The translations under genes and the position numbers were made by a program. From Deltaproteobacteria bacterium (GTDB taxonomy: Bacteria; Myxococcota_A; Polyangia; JAAYKL01), in the NCBI GenBank assembly GCA_030621515.1, contig JAUXHN010000001.1, positions 1 through 62,370 of the forward strand: DNA of 62,370 nucleotides, in the 5' to 3' direction. The number at the start of each line of letters is the position of its first letter. Within the stretch, counting starts at the first letter, position 1. This document shows, one piece after another, positions 25,878 to 35,340 of the stretch. The notes beneath the pieces are model-generated. The model did not search any database. It worked only from the letters and a program-made list of their open reading frames with translations, and was not told the origin of the DNA.

Positions 25878-26020
25878 TATTTTTTCCTTCTTCTACCCTT
25901 TGAATTGTTCCCGTCGAAGACATCCTGACAGGCCCCCTGCAAAAGACAATCAGAATCCGCACTCGACTCTGGCCGCTTGACGCGGTAATAAGCTAAGGTG
26001 ATCGTAATAGAGGATCACCC

Positions 26021-26539
26021 ATGCGAAGCTGTCGAAAAAACAACCGGATGTGCGCTCCGTCCTGGCTACTGCTGCTGGCGACGGGAGGCGCGCTCCTTAT
26101 CCTGGCGGCGTGCCATTCCCCCATGGACTCCCAGCACTATTTCTCCAAGGCGGCCGCTGAAGACCCCCTGCTGGAGCCAATACACAGCACACCCCTGTAC
26201 ACCGTCTTCTACGATCACGGGCTTAAACGATGTGTGCTTCACTCGGCCCATACCTGGGGCGAGTCCGGAGGCGGAGGCGGCGGAACGGGAGTTGGAGTCA
26301 CTGTGTTCAGCTGCGACCCTGCCCGAATCAAGAACAGAGTTGCCCGTATGAAGGCACAGGCCGGCAGCGGAAGGCCGCTTGACTTCCCTGCCCCACCCAA
26401 AAAGAAGATCAAAAAGGCGACACCGCAGCCTCCAAAACCACTCGCCCCTCCTCCCCCTCCCCCGGCGCCCGCCGCGCCCGCGCCCGTAAAGCCCGCGCCT
26501 CCCAGTCAGCCTGTGGCGCCCCAACCCATCATATACTGA
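26021..26539 (+). CDS. Lipoprotein with Pro-rich C-terminal tail, hypothetical
   Basis: GAGGA RBS. Signal plus lipobox (LLLLATGGALLILAAC). Tail 'PPKPLAPPPPPPAPAAPAPVKPAPPSQPVAPQP'. Confidence 0.5.
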   Translation: MRSCRKNNRMCAPSWLLLLATGGALLILAACHSPMDSQHYFSKAAAEDPLLEPIHSTPLYTVFYDHGLKRCVLHSAHTWGESGGGGGGTGVGVTVFSCDPARIKNRVARMKAQAGSGRPLDFPAPPKKKIKKATPQPPKPLAPPPPPPAPAAPAPVKPAPPSQPVAPQPIIY

Positions 26540-26549
26540 GGGAGAAACC

Positions 26550-26996
26550 ATGCCTGACCAGCACGACCCCGAACGAGAAGGAAACGACTCCTCTCCAACG
26601 GATCATGACGACGAATCCCTTCTCGAAAAAATGGTGCCCGAGGGCTTCAAGCGGCGCATAGAGGCCGGAGTGGAGTCAATGTTGAAGGACGGTCGCCTCA
26701 AGTCCCTGATGGGCGATTTCAAACTGCCCAAGGAGATCGCCGCCCACATGATGTCCCAGGTCGACGAAACCAAGCAGGCGGCGGTGGCCGTCATCGCTCG
26801 CGAGACGCGGCTCTTTCTGGAAAAGACCAACCTCTCAGAAGAACTCGTAAAGATGGCCTCCAAGATCTCCCTGGAGGTAAAGACCCAGGTCCGCTTCATT
26901 CCCAACGACAATCCCACGGGAGAAAAAGGCGGCATCAAGCTGGACATATCTGTTCCAGCGGTGTCGAGCACCGCAGATGACGACAATGACGCGTAA
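26550..26996 (+). CDS. Hypothetical acidic cytoplasmic protein
   Basis: GGGAGA RBS 5 nt before the ATG. 148 aa, coding-like composition, no recognisable motif. Confidence 0.45.
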   Translation: MPDQHDPEREGNDSSPTDHDDESLLEKMVPEGFKRRIEAGVESMLKDGRLKSLMGDFKLPKEIAAHMMSQVDETKQAAVAVIARETRLFLEKTNLSEELVKMASKISLEVKTQVRFIPNDNPTGEKGGIKLDISVPAVSSTADDDNDA

Positions 26997-27584
26997 TCAT
27001 TTCCTGGCAAAAAGAATTCTATAAACGGGCATGCCGATCTCCTCGCATCGAATCTCGCGCAGGGATCTGGCGCGAAATGGATTCCCATCGACCCGGCCGC
27101 CTTGCCCCAGAGGCTCGAGATCTTCCACTTTGAGAAGCTCCTCCAGGTAGACATCGGCGCGAAAATCCACGTCCGTCTGAATCATGATCTCTCCGCCGCG
27201 AACGAGCAGCCTGACAAGATCCCTCCCCAGTTCCCCGGTGACGACCATCCGCTTTGCGTGCTTCGCCTTCCACCAGGGATCCGGGAAGTTGATGAAGACA
27301 CGTTCAAGGCACCGATCCGGCTGCATCCGCTTCAGCAGGGCGCGGGCATCCCCGTGACGAACGACGATGTTCCCGATGGCCTTCTTTTGAGCCCTGGATT
27401 CAACGAGGTGAACCCACTTTCTCCTCGTCTCTATTCCCAGGATTGTTGCCTCGGGACGATACAGGGCGCGCTCCATGATAAAGTGCCCCTTGCCGAAACC
27501 TATCTCCAGCTCCAGAGGCCTGCCGCGTCCGAGGATCTCCTCGAGGTGGATCGGCCCTTCTTGTGGGAACACGGGAACATCCAT
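26997..27584 (-). CDS. trmB: tRNA (guanine-N7)-methyltransferase
   Basis: 'LELEIGFGKGHF', 'ILGIETR', 'VFINFPDPWWKAKHAKRM'. Start set at ATG 27584, because the upstream part of ORF 26997..28196 overlaps lon out of frame. Confidence 0.9.
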   Translation of the reverse strand: MDVPVFPQEGPIHLEEILGRGRPLELEIGFGKGHFIMERALYRPEATILGIETRRKWVHLVESRAQKKAIGNIVVRHGDARALLKRMQPDRCLERVFINFPDPWWKAKHAKRMVVTGELGRDLVRLLVRGGEIMIQTDVDFRADVYLEELLKVEDLEPLGQGGRVDGNPFRARSLREIRCEEIGMPVYRILFARK

Positions 27585-27622
27585 GTACGGTTTTGGCGAT
27601 TTACTCCCGTCGAGATCCGGTT

Positions 27623-29959
27623 TCACCCGCTCCTTGCCTCGCCGGTCTCGCCCTCCAGGGTCACGTCCAGAATCTCCTCCATTCGATGCACGAACACGAG
27701 CTTCAGATCCTTCTGGATCTCCTCGGGGATATCGGGCTTGTCTTTCTTGTTGCGATCCGGAAGCACGATGGTCTTGATGCCGGCTCGATGGGCGGAAAGC
27801 ACCTTCTCCTTGATGCCGCCGACGGGAAGCACGAGCCCCCGCAAGGTGATCTCCCCGGTCATCGCCACGTCGGGCCTGACCCGCCTGTCTGAAAACAGGG
27901 AGACCAGAGCGGTCAGCATGGCCGCTCCCGCGCTCGGCCCGTCCTTGGGGACGCTCCCGGCGGGAACATGAATGTGCACGTCGAACTTCTCGTTGAAATC
28001 GGGATCCAGGCCCAGCCTCACCGCGTTTGCCCGGACGTAGGAGAGCGCGGTCTGTGTTGACTCCTTCATGACATCGCCGAGTTGACCGGTCATCGTCATC
28101 TTTCCCGCGCCCTTCATCTTGGTGGCCTCGATGAATATGATTTCTCCTCCGTTGGGGGTCCAGGCCAGGCCGGTGGCCACCCCGGGCACCGCGCAACGAT
28201 CGGCCATCTCAGGCATGTAGCGAACCGGCCCGAGGACCTCCGTGACGAAGTCGTCGTTCGCCTCGAACACCCCTTCCCCCTGCCCCCTCGCCACCTTCAC
28301 GGCGACGGAGCGACACACGGCAGCTATCTCTCTTTCGAGATTCCTCACGCCCGCCTCGCGGGTGTACGAATCGATAATCCGGAGCACCCCATCGTCCTTG
28401 AATCGAAGCTTGTCCTCGCCGAGCCCGTGTTCGGCGGTCTGTTTGGGGATGGTGAAGCCGAATGCGATGCGCTTCTTCTCCTCGCGAGTGTAACCGGGAA
28501 TCTCTATGACCTCCATCCGGTCGAGCAAGGCGTGGGGAACGGTGGCCAGGGTGTTCGCCGTGCCGATGAACATCACCTTGGAAAGATCGTACACCACCTC
28601 CAGATAATGGTCGGAGAAGGAGTTGTTCTGCTCGGGATCGAGCACCTCCAGCAACGCCGACGCCGGATCTCCCCTGAAATCCGCCCCGAGCTTGTCCAGC
28701 TCGTCAAGCATGAACAGGGGGTTCACTGTCCCCGCCTTCTTCATACCCTGGATAACCCGCCCGGGAAGCGCGCCCACGTAAGTTCTGCGATGACCGCGAA
28801 TCTCGGCCTCGTCGCGAATTCCCCCCAGGGATATCCGCACGAACTCCCGGCCGATGGCCCTCGCAATGGAACGACCCAGGGATGTCTTGCCCACACCGGG
28901 CGGCCCGACCAGGCACAGGATGGGGCCCTTCTTGTTTGGGTTGAGCTTGAGGACCGCGAGCTGCTCGATGATGCGCCGCTTTACTTTTTCCAGGTCATAA
29001 TGATCCTCGTCGAGAACCTCCTGCACCTTCTCAACGTCCAGCTTGTCTTCCGTGGCCTTCTTCCAGGGGATTTCCAGGAGCCAGTCCAGGTAGGTGCGCG
29101 AAACCGTGTACTCCGCAGAGGAACTCTGCATGTGCCGAAGCCGGCTCAGCTGCTTGCACGCCATCTTCTCGGCCTCCGTGCTCATGCCGCTTTCCGAGAT
29201 GCGATTCTTCAGCTCGTCGATCTCGTCCTCGTCGTCCTCGCCTTCACCGAGCTCTTCCCTGATGGTCTTGAGCTGTTGTCGGAGGAAGTACTCCCGCTGG
29301 CTGCGACCCATCTCCTCCTGCACGGACGAGGTGATCTCCTTCTTGACCTTCAGCATCTCCAGCTGTTTGGTCAGCAGCTTGAGGCAGATTCGAATTCTCC
29401 GTCCAACGTCGACCGCCTCGACTACTTCCTGTTTTTCCGCCACGTCCACGGTCAGGTTGGACGCGACCAGATCCGCCAGGATGCCCGGCTCAGTCACGTG
29501 ATCGAGTATCCCTGTCGCCTCCTTGGGAAGATTCGGCAGCAACGTTATCAACTGTCTCCCGGTTTCCTTCAGGCTCTGTGCGAGGGCCTCGATCTCCAGG
29601 TCTTCGTTGGGCTCGTCCGGCATGCTGAGCACACGAGCAGAGAGGAAGGGATCCCGGTCGATCTCCTCTATAATCTGAAATCGCTCCACCCCCTGAAGGA
29701 CCACAGAATAGTTGTTTTCACCCAGCTTGATCACCTTGAGGATCCGGGCGATGGTACCCATCCTGTAGAGGTCGGACCAATCGGGATCCTCTGTCTGCGC
29801 AGATTTCTGGCTCAGCACACCGATGAGTTGATCTTCTGTGTTGGAAACCGACTCGATGATGTTTATCGATTTCTCACGTCCCACATTGATGGGCACCACC
29901 GATGCCGGAAACATGACCGAGTTCCGAAGGGGTAGTATGGGTAGCTTTTTTTCTGTCAT
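27623..29959 (-). CDS. lon: ATP-dependent Lon protease
   Basis: LON N-domain 'LPILPLRNSVMFPASVVPINVGREKS'. Walker A 'GPPGVGKTS'. Walker B 'FMLDELDK'. Protease Ser 'PKDGPSAGAAMLTALVS'. Confidence 0.97.
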   Translation of the reverse strand: MTEKKLPILPLRNSVMFPASVVPINVGREKSINIIESVSNTEDQLIGVLSQKSAQTEDPDWSDLYRMGTIARILKVIKLGENNYSVVLQGVERFQIIEEIDRDPFLSARVLSMPDEPNEDLEIEALAQSLKETGRQLITLLPNLPKEATGILDHVTEPGILADLVASNLTVDVAEKQEVVEAVDVGRRIRICLKLLTKQLEMLKVKKEITSSVQEEMGRSQREYFLRQQLKTIREELGEGEDDEDEIDELKNRISESGMSTEAEKMACKQLSRLRHMQSSSAEYTVSRTYLDWLLEIPWKKATEDKLDVEKVQEVLDEDHYDLEKVKRRIIEQLAVLKLNPNKKGPILCLVGPPGVGKTSLGRSIARAIGREFVRISLGGIRDEAEIRGHRRTYVGALPGRVIQGMKKAGTVNPLFMLDELDKLGADFRGDPASALLEVLDPEQNNSFSDHYLEVVYDLSKVMFIGTANTLATVPHALLDRMEVIEIPGYTREEKKRIAFGFTIPKQTAEHGLGEDKLRFKDDGVLRIIDSYTREAGVRNLEREIAAVCRSVAVKVARGQGEGVFEANDDFVTEVLGPVRYMPEMADRCAVPGVATGLAWTPNGGEIIFIEATKMKGAGKMTMTGQLGDVMKESTQTALSYVRANAVRLGLDPDFNEKFDVHIHVPAGSVPKDGPSAGAAMLTALVSLFSDRRVRPDVAMTGEITLRGLVLPVGGIKEKVLSAHRAGIKTIVLPDRNKKDKPDIPEEIQKDLKLVFVHRMEEILDVTLEGETGEARSG

Positions 29960-30007
29960 TTCAAATTGTTTCGCGTGTTTTCAATCCTTGATTCTACCGT
30001 GCGGAAC

Positions 30008-30037
30008 ACAGTAATTCCAAACTTCGCGTACTGTCAA
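30008..30037 (-). promoter_or_regulatory. Candidate promoter upstream of lon
   Basis: On the minus strand: TTGACA (30037-30032), 18-nt spacer, TACTGT (30013-30008), ~50 nt before the lon ATG. Sequence-only guess. Confidence 0.25.
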
Positions 30038-30438
30038 ATCGGCGCATTTCAGGCAAAATGAAGCGCATTTTCAAAAACGGTTCTTTTTCCCTTGCATGGC
30101 CGGACCCAGCCCGTTACAAGAGATGAAATTTGACACGAGGCGGCCCTGGGTGGTATTTTATCCTACAGGTAAGTCAGTGTCGGAGAGAGCCGCAGAAAAG
30201 GAAACCTCATGATTTTGAAACTCGCACCTGTCGCACTTCTTCTTCTTGCAGCACTGGTTCCACTCTGCACGGGCACCGTGTGGGGTAACGTCTTCTTGCT
30301 GTTCATAGTTTCCGGCATCTTTTTCGGCACCATTTCCCTTGGACAATGCCCCCCTCCGAAGGAGAGTAGAGTTCTGGCGAACAACAAGACCTGAGCCTCT
30401 CACCGAGCCCTCCGTATCGTTTCCAACGAGTTAATTAC

Positions 30439-31527
30439 GTGAACCCGAACGCACAAATCCAGCCGATGAAGTACCGTCCTCTGGACAGCTTTTCGCTTTT
30501 CGATCTCGAGATGGCTCGCCTTGTTCTGCGGGGTGGAAGCATACTCGATTGGGTCAAGTTGAGCCTCACGGGCGACGAGATACGGGAACTGATCAGGTCG
30601 CATCGCCTCGATCTGGATAATCCGGAGGATCTGGCCCTGGTCGAACGGATTCGCGACGAAGCCATCATTTATCTCAAGCGGGAGTTCGATTTCCCCATTC
30701 CCAAACCGCTGCGAATCGCGTCACTTCCCGACCTGCTGGAGATAGCAAGTGATCTATCCAACCGCCATCGACAGCTCGGTGCCTGCACGCTCCTCAAGGC
30801 AATGCACGTGATCAATCACTTCGACGCGAGCGAAGCCAGACAAGCCCTGGAGATGACCGACCAGTCGCTCTTCTTTTATGCGGAGGAACTGATCTACAAG
30901 ACCGTCAGCAAGATGATGGCCGAACAGCTCCCGGTGGTAGAGTTCATGGGAGGGCGCAAGCAGCGATCGAGCATGGTGACCAAACTTCTCTCCAAGGCAG
31001 ACCCTCTCTCGGCACAGCTCTTCGACAAGATGAGGTTCCGGGTGGTGACCGCCACCAAGGACGACGTCCTCCCTACCATCGCTTTCCTATGCAGGAACCT
31101 GTTCCCCTTCAACTATGTGCTGGCGAAAGAATCGACCAATACCCTCCTGCCATTCGGGACGTACTGCAGAAAAAACGACCATCTGTCGGACCTGATGGAC
31201 CGTTCACAAATGAATCCCCAAATCGAGAACTCTCTCCAACCCATGTCCAACACCCACTCGTCACCCAGTTACAAGGTGGTCCACTGGGTCGCGGACATGC
31301 CTCTTCGGATCCCTGACTACCGCAACGCGTACAACACCGACGGCATCAACCCGATCCCTCGCCCGGTAATCTACGTCCGGGCCGAGGTGCAAATCCTCGA
31401 TCGCCGCACCCACAGGGCTAACGAACGCGGGCACGCTTCACACCGGCGCTACAAGGAAAGACAATCCGATTTCGTGCTCGATCGATTGAGGATAGGAACG
31501 CGCGGCAAGCAACCACCTCGGCCGTAA
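30439..31527 (+). CDS. Hypothetical protein with RelA/SpoT-like nucleotidyltransferase core
   Basis: 'GGRKQRSSMVTKLLSKADPLSAQLFDKMRFRVVTATKDDVLPTIAFLCRNLF' resembles the RxKxxxS...D-x-G/R-x-R-ivv core of RelA/SpoT synthetase domains. Start is GTG 30439 or ATG 30466. Confidence 0.55.
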   Translation: MNPNAQIQPMKYRPLDSFSLFDLEMARLVLRGGSILDWVKLSLTGDEIRELIRSHRLDLDNPEDLALVERIRDEAIIYLKREFDFPIPKPLRIASLPDLLEIASDLSNRHRQLGACTLLKAMHVINHFDASEARQALEMTDQSLFFYAEELIYKTVSKMMAEQLPVVEFMGGRKQRSSMVTKLLSKADPLSAQLFDKMRFRVVTATKDDVLPTIAFLCRNLFPFNYVLAKESTNTLLPFGTYCRKNDHLSDLMDRSQMNPQIENSLQPMSNTHSSPSYKVVHWVADMPLRIPDYRNAYNTDGINPIPRPVIYVRAEVQILDRRTHRANERGHASHRRYKERQSDFVLDRLRIGTRGKQPPRP

Positions 31528-31573
31528 AAATGAACACTTCGATTGATCTGGCCACGCCGTCCCCGTAGTGGCC

Positions 31574-31600
31574 CCCCCTCTCCACCTGATGGAGAGGGGG
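31574..31600 (+). terminator. Perfect 11-bp hairpin followed by a G-rich tail (terminator / palindromic repeat element)
   Basis: ccccctctcca-cctga-tggagaggggg, followed by tcagggggtgagg. Lies 47 nt after the stop at 31527. Confidence 0.5.
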
Positions 31601-31732
31601 TCAGGGGGTGAGGCTCGTGAGGGGACCAGGAGGTGAGGTGGAATAGTACCCCCAGACAATGGTTTCCTTCTTGATACCGCTGCCACATGGGGGATATAAG
31701 AAACCACAATTCGGTTTCGAGGAGCAAAGGTC

Positions 31733-32989
31733 TTGAATCTCCGATACTTCGCGTACAAGTTCTGGTACCTGGTGTGGTTTGTGTTCATCCCGTTCGTGGT
31801 GTCCTGGGTGGTGATCGATATTCTTGATCGGTTAGAGGTCGTGGACGAGTTCGAACCCTGGTACGTGCTGGCGTTCTTCGCCGTGCTGGTGGTGGTGGTC
31901 TACTCACTGCGGGCTCGGCTCCCCTTCTGGCGGGACACTTATCAGGACAGCCCCTTCAACCGAAACTACAGGGCAAAAGCAGCCGCGCACCTCCTCAAGC
32001 GGGTGGAGAAGATTCTCGACAAGAAAGGCTACAAGGTTTCGGAGCGCGGGCGAACGGAGTTGAACACGACCATCGGATCCCTGAAAAAAGCCCTTGACTC
32101 TGAAGATCACGACAGGATCTCCAACCTGGCACAGAAGCTGGAGAACAAGTGCAACCGGCACATGCCGTTCGCGCGCAAGAGCGCCGCGAGAGAGTATTTT
32201 GAGTCCATCGGCGTCGCGGTACTGGTCGCGGTCTTCCTCAGGCTATTCGCGGTGGAGGCGTTCAAGATCCCGAGCGAGTCCATGGTGCCTACACTGATGG
32301 TGGGAGATCACATCTTCGTGAGCAAGTACCTCTACGGCATCTCATTGCCCTTCACCAACAAGCGCCTTGTTCGCTTCTCGGATCCGAACCATGGAGAGGT
32401 CGTTGTTTTCGTCAAGCCTTCCCTCCAGGAGCAGACCGGTTCGCCGGCTGCAGCCCGCTTGCCGGACTTCCTCGACGACTACGAGATGATCGGGAAGGAT
32501 TTCATAAAGCGCATAGTGGCACTCCCGGGAGACTCGGTGGAGATGCGACAGGACGTTCTCTTCATCAATGAAAAGGAGATTCCCAGGTGCCGCGTAGGCA
32601 CCCGCACCTACCGTTCCCTCAACCACTACCGGAACAAGTGGGAGGACCACGAGGGCGACCTGTGGGTGGAGAAGCACGGGGAATATCTCTACACGATCGT
32701 GGAAGAAACGGATGGACGGCAGGATGATTTCGGACCCATCCAGGTTCCTGACGATCAGGTCTTCGTGCTCGGAGACAACAGGGACAACTCCAACGACTCC
32801 AGATACTGGGGATCGGTTCCATTTGACAACATCAAGGGGCGCGCGGGCATGATATGGTGGTCCAACAGGCGCCCGCACGGATTTCAATGGGATCGATTCG
32901 GTGATTTTATCATGCATGCGCCGGAGCTGACCGATGAACAGCAAACCGCGCTCGGCAAGTGCGCAATGAAAGGCCTGACAGGAAAGTGA
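31733..32989 (+). CDS. lepB: Signal peptidase I with ~140-aa N-terminal extension
   Basis: 'IPSESMVPTLMVGDHIFVSK' (catalytic Ser), 'FIKRIVALPGDSVEM' (Lys box), 'VLGDNRDNSNDSRYWGSVP'. TTG start; there is no in-frame ATG in the N-terminal 150 aa. Confidence 0.9.
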   Translation: MNLRYFAYKFWYLVWFVFIPFVVSWVVIDILDRLEVVDEFEPWYVLAFFAVLVVVVYSLRARLPFWRDTYQDSPFNRNYRAKAAAHLLKRVEKILDKKGYKVSERGRTELNTTIGSLKKALDSEDHDRISNLAQKLENKCNRHMPFARKSAAREYFESIGVAVLVAVFLRLFAVEAFKIPSESMVPTLMVGDHIFVSKYLYGISLPFTNKRLVRFSDPNHGEVVVFVKPSLQEQTGSPAAARLPDFLDDYEMIGKDFIKRIVALPGDSVEMRQDVLFINEKEIPRCRVGTRTYRSLNHYRNKWEDHEGDLWVEKHGEYLYTIVEETDGRQDDFGPIQVPDDQVFVLGDNRDNSNDSRYWGSVPFDNIKGRAGMIWWSNRRPHGFQWDRFGDFIMHAPELTDEQQTALGKCAMKGLTGK

Positions 32990-33651
32990 TTTCGAGGATA
33001 CCTTTTCGCGTGCTGAGCGCCTGCATCATCTCCCTGTACGCTGCCACGGCTGCGGCCGGACAAGGCGAGGCCGAGGTCGAATCAAAGGACGTAGAGACCG
33101 AGGCAAAGTCCGAAAAGAAGACCACCGACTGGCGCAACGATCCGGAGTTGAAGCGCCGCCCCGGTTCATATCTGGGCGGCACCATGGCCTACGTTCAATC
33201 CCGCGCATGGGCCCAGGAGACCGACGACCATGACGACCTCAGCTTCGGCCCTCTCCACACGTGGGGATTGGCATTCAGGGTGGGCGACGCCTTCGCCGAC
33301 TGGTTTGCCGTCGGGTTTCAGGTATTCCTGACCAACAAGAGATCGGACGAGGATTCCATCGGCGCCTTCGAACTCATGCTCGACGCCTCCTTCTATCCGT
33401 ACGCGGGCCTGGGGATCCGACCCTCGGTCGGCATCGGACTCGGCTTCGCCTCGGGAAAGAACGATTGGGAGTTCGGCGGCGGCGGTCCGGCCTGTCTGGC
33501 CCTGGCGGTCCTCTACGAATTCAGGGTAACGAGATTCTTTTCGATCGCGCCCGTCGTGAATGCCTCCTGGATCACCGGCGAAAACTTCGACGGCTTCTTC
33601 CTGCTCATCGGAATCGAGTTTACCAAGTGGTTCAAGACCGCCACCGGCTGA
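32986..33651 (+). CDS. Secreted small beta-barrel-like outer-membrane protein, hypothetical
   Basis: GTG overlapping the lepB stop (GTGA). Signal ISRIPFRVLSACIISLYAATAAAGQ. Gly/aromatic-rich strands ending '...FLLIGIEFTKWF'. Confidence 0.5.
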   Translation: MISRIPFRVLSACIISLYAATAAAGQGEAEVESKDVETEAKSEKKTTDWRNDPELKRRPGSYLGGTMAYVQSRAWAQETDDHDDLSFGPLHTWGLAFRVGDAFADWFAVGFQVFLTNKRSDEDSIGAFELMLDASFYPYAGLGIRPSVGIGLGFASGKNDWEFGGGGPACLALAVLYEFRVTRFFSIAPVVNASWITGENFDGFFLLIGIEFTKWFKTATG

Positions 33652-34018
33652 ACACGACAAGACCGATGATCGCGCCGAGTATTCCCCCTACAACATCGGC
33701 GAGAAGATCTCCGAGGGACGCGGTTCGCCCGGGAACGAAGAACTGATGGGTCTCGTCCAGGGCGCCCAGAACAAGGACCATGGCGAGCACCATGACAACT
33801 AAAACGACGCGACCACGTGGAGGACGCTTCCAATTGGCGAGCCATCCGGTCAGCAGGAATCCCATTGGCAGATACTCCAGCGCATGGATCGATTTGTCCC
33901 AGATCCTCAAGCCGAAATCCTGAAAGAACGCGCCGGAAAAATGTGAGAGAACGAAGATGGCCGCTACGTACAGCGCAACCGCCCCAAAGAACATTCTCCC
34001 TCGCCACCTTGGAGTCAT
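33632..34018 (-). CDS. VanZ-like family membrane protein
   Basis: 'GALDETHQFFVPGRTASLGDLLADVVGGILGAIIG' is the VanZ signature. Four TM segments. ATGA overlap with the miaB stop. Confidence 0.7.
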   Translation of the reverse strand: MTPRWRGRMFFGAVALYVAAIFVLSHFSGAFFQDFGLRIWDKSIHALEYLPMGFLLTGWLANWKRPPRGRVVLVVMVLAMVLVLGALDETHQFFVPGRTASLGDLLADVVGGILGAIIGLVVFSRWRS

Positions 34019-35340
34019 CGGATAACCGGCTTCCCTTCGAGGCTGTGAGGATGGGCCGCGGTCACCTCCACCTCCACAAAATGTCCCACCAGATCCTTGA
34101 TGGTCCTTCCATCCGTCGGAACGAAATTGACAATCTGACTATTCCTGGCACGCCCCGAGACCTGCCCCGGCATTCTTCCCGCGCTTGCAACCAGGATCTC
34201 CAACCTTGCCCCGACCATTGATCTTCTCCAGCGCCGCTCCAGGTTCTCGATGCGCTCATGCACCGCGTCGAGGCGCCGGGCCTTTTCGTCTGCAGGCACA
34301 TCGTCATCGAGACGCGCCGCCTTTGTCCCCGGTCGGGGAGAATATTTGAACGAGAAGGCCCCGCAGAAACCGACTCGGTCTATCAGGGCGAGCGTCTCCT
34401 CGAAGTCCTCCTCCGTCTCCCCGGGGTAGCCGACGATCAGGTCAGTGGAGATCCCTATGGATGGGCAAGCCTCGCGCAACCTCGTAACCACGAGCAGATA
34501 GTCCTCCACATTGTAACGGCGCCCCATCCCTGAAAGGATGCGGTTGGATCCCGACTGCACAGGCAGGTGTATGGACTCGCAAAGGCTCCGCAGCTTGCCG
34601 AAGGACGATGTGACATCCGACGTCATGTGCCTCGGGTGCGGAGACGTGAAGCGCAGTCGCTCGAGGCCCTCCACCGAATCGAGGCAGCGCAGGAGATCCG
34701 CGAAACCCGCCTCACCGCTTCGATAGGCGTTGACCTTCTGTCCGAGCAGGGTGACCTCCACAACGCCGCCGCTGACCAGGTCCCTGACCTCCGACTCCAC
34801 ATCCTCGATCGGCCTGTGGCGCTCCGGACCTCTGACAGTGGGCACGATGCAATAGGCACAACGCTCCTGGCATCCCTTCATTATAGTCACGAATGCAGTG
34901 GCCTCGCGCCTCGACGGCGGCGGTCCCGCGATCAGAAAGTCCTCGGGACGTCCACGATCAAAACCCGTCAGAGCGAGGGTATCTTCCCGCGACTTCACTT
35001 CTTCGACCAGCTCGACCAGCCTCCCGTAATGATCTGGAGCAACGACGATGTCGACCCCGGGGAGCAGATCGAATATGCGCTCGCCTTCCTGTTGAGCCAC
35101 GCAACCTACTACCCCCACGATCACATCGCGCCTTCCTCTCTTTAACTTTCTCAGGCGACCCGTCTGGGAAATGGCCTTGTGCCAGGCCTTCTCCCGAACG
35201 GTACAACTATTGATGAGCGCTACATCGGCCTCACGGGGATCGGTGGTCAAGGAGTAACCCGCGGCGCTGAAGATCTCCTCGATCCGGCGAGAATCGTGGA
35301 CATTCATCTGACAACCGAATGTCTTGATGTATAATTTCAT
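34015..35340 (-). CDS. miaB: tRNA-i6A37 methylthiotransferase MiaB (radical SAM)
   Basis: 'MKLYIKTFGCQMNVHDS'. Radical-SAM 'CQERCAYCIVP'. C-terminal TRAM-like 'GHFVEVEVTAAHPHSLEG'. Confidence 0.92.
   Translation of the reverse strand: MKLYIKTFGCQMNVHDSRRIEEIFSAAGYSLTTDPREADVALINSCTVREKAWHKAISQTGRLRKLKRGRRDVIVGVVGCVAQQEGERIFDLLPGVDIVVAPDHYGRLVELVEEVKSREDTLALTGFDRGRPEDFLIAGPPPSRREATAFVTIMKGCQERCAYCIVPTVRGPERHRPIEDVESEVRDLVSGGVVEVTLLGQKVNAYRSGEAGFADLLRCLDSVEGLERLRFTSPHPRHMTSDVTSSFGKLRSLCESIHLPVQSGSNRILSGMGRRYNVEDYLLVVTRLREACPSIGISTDLIVGYPGETEEDFEETLALIDRVGFCGAFSFKYSPRPGTKAARLDDDVPADEKARRLDAVHERIENLERRWRRSMVGARLEILVASAGRMPGQVSGRARNSQIVNFVPTDGRTIKDLVGHFVEVEVTAAHPHSLEGKPVIR

Noticed and set aside
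27585-28196. N-terminal 204 codons of listed ORF 26997..28196 (trmB)
   Set aside because: It overlaps the 3' end of lon out of frame and is Arg/Gly/Asp-rich junk. TrmB homology starts at ATG 27584.
28082-29935. 617-aa plus-strand ORF, plus similar long ORFs antisense to pgk (14595..15701), tpiA (15491..16462), dsbA (11200..11904), the atp/HIT region (39161..40084) and the response regulator (61433..62131)
   Set aside because: All lie entirely antisense to genes with strong motif support. They have the Arg/Pro/Gly/His-rich composition typical of GC-rich shadow ORFs.
30209-30394. 61-aa hydrophobic ORF upstream of the RelA/SpoT-like gene
   Set aside because: It has a weak AAAGGA-like RBS and a plausible TM segment, but it is very short, has no motif, and sits in the lon promoter region. 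The support is not enough to call a gene.
34266-34278. 13-nt exact match (gcgtcgaggcgcc) to the core of the 43-nt repeat, inside miaB
   Set aside because: It is short, partly self-complementary and GC-rich, lies inside a conserved coding region, and shows no flanking similarity. It is treated as chance.
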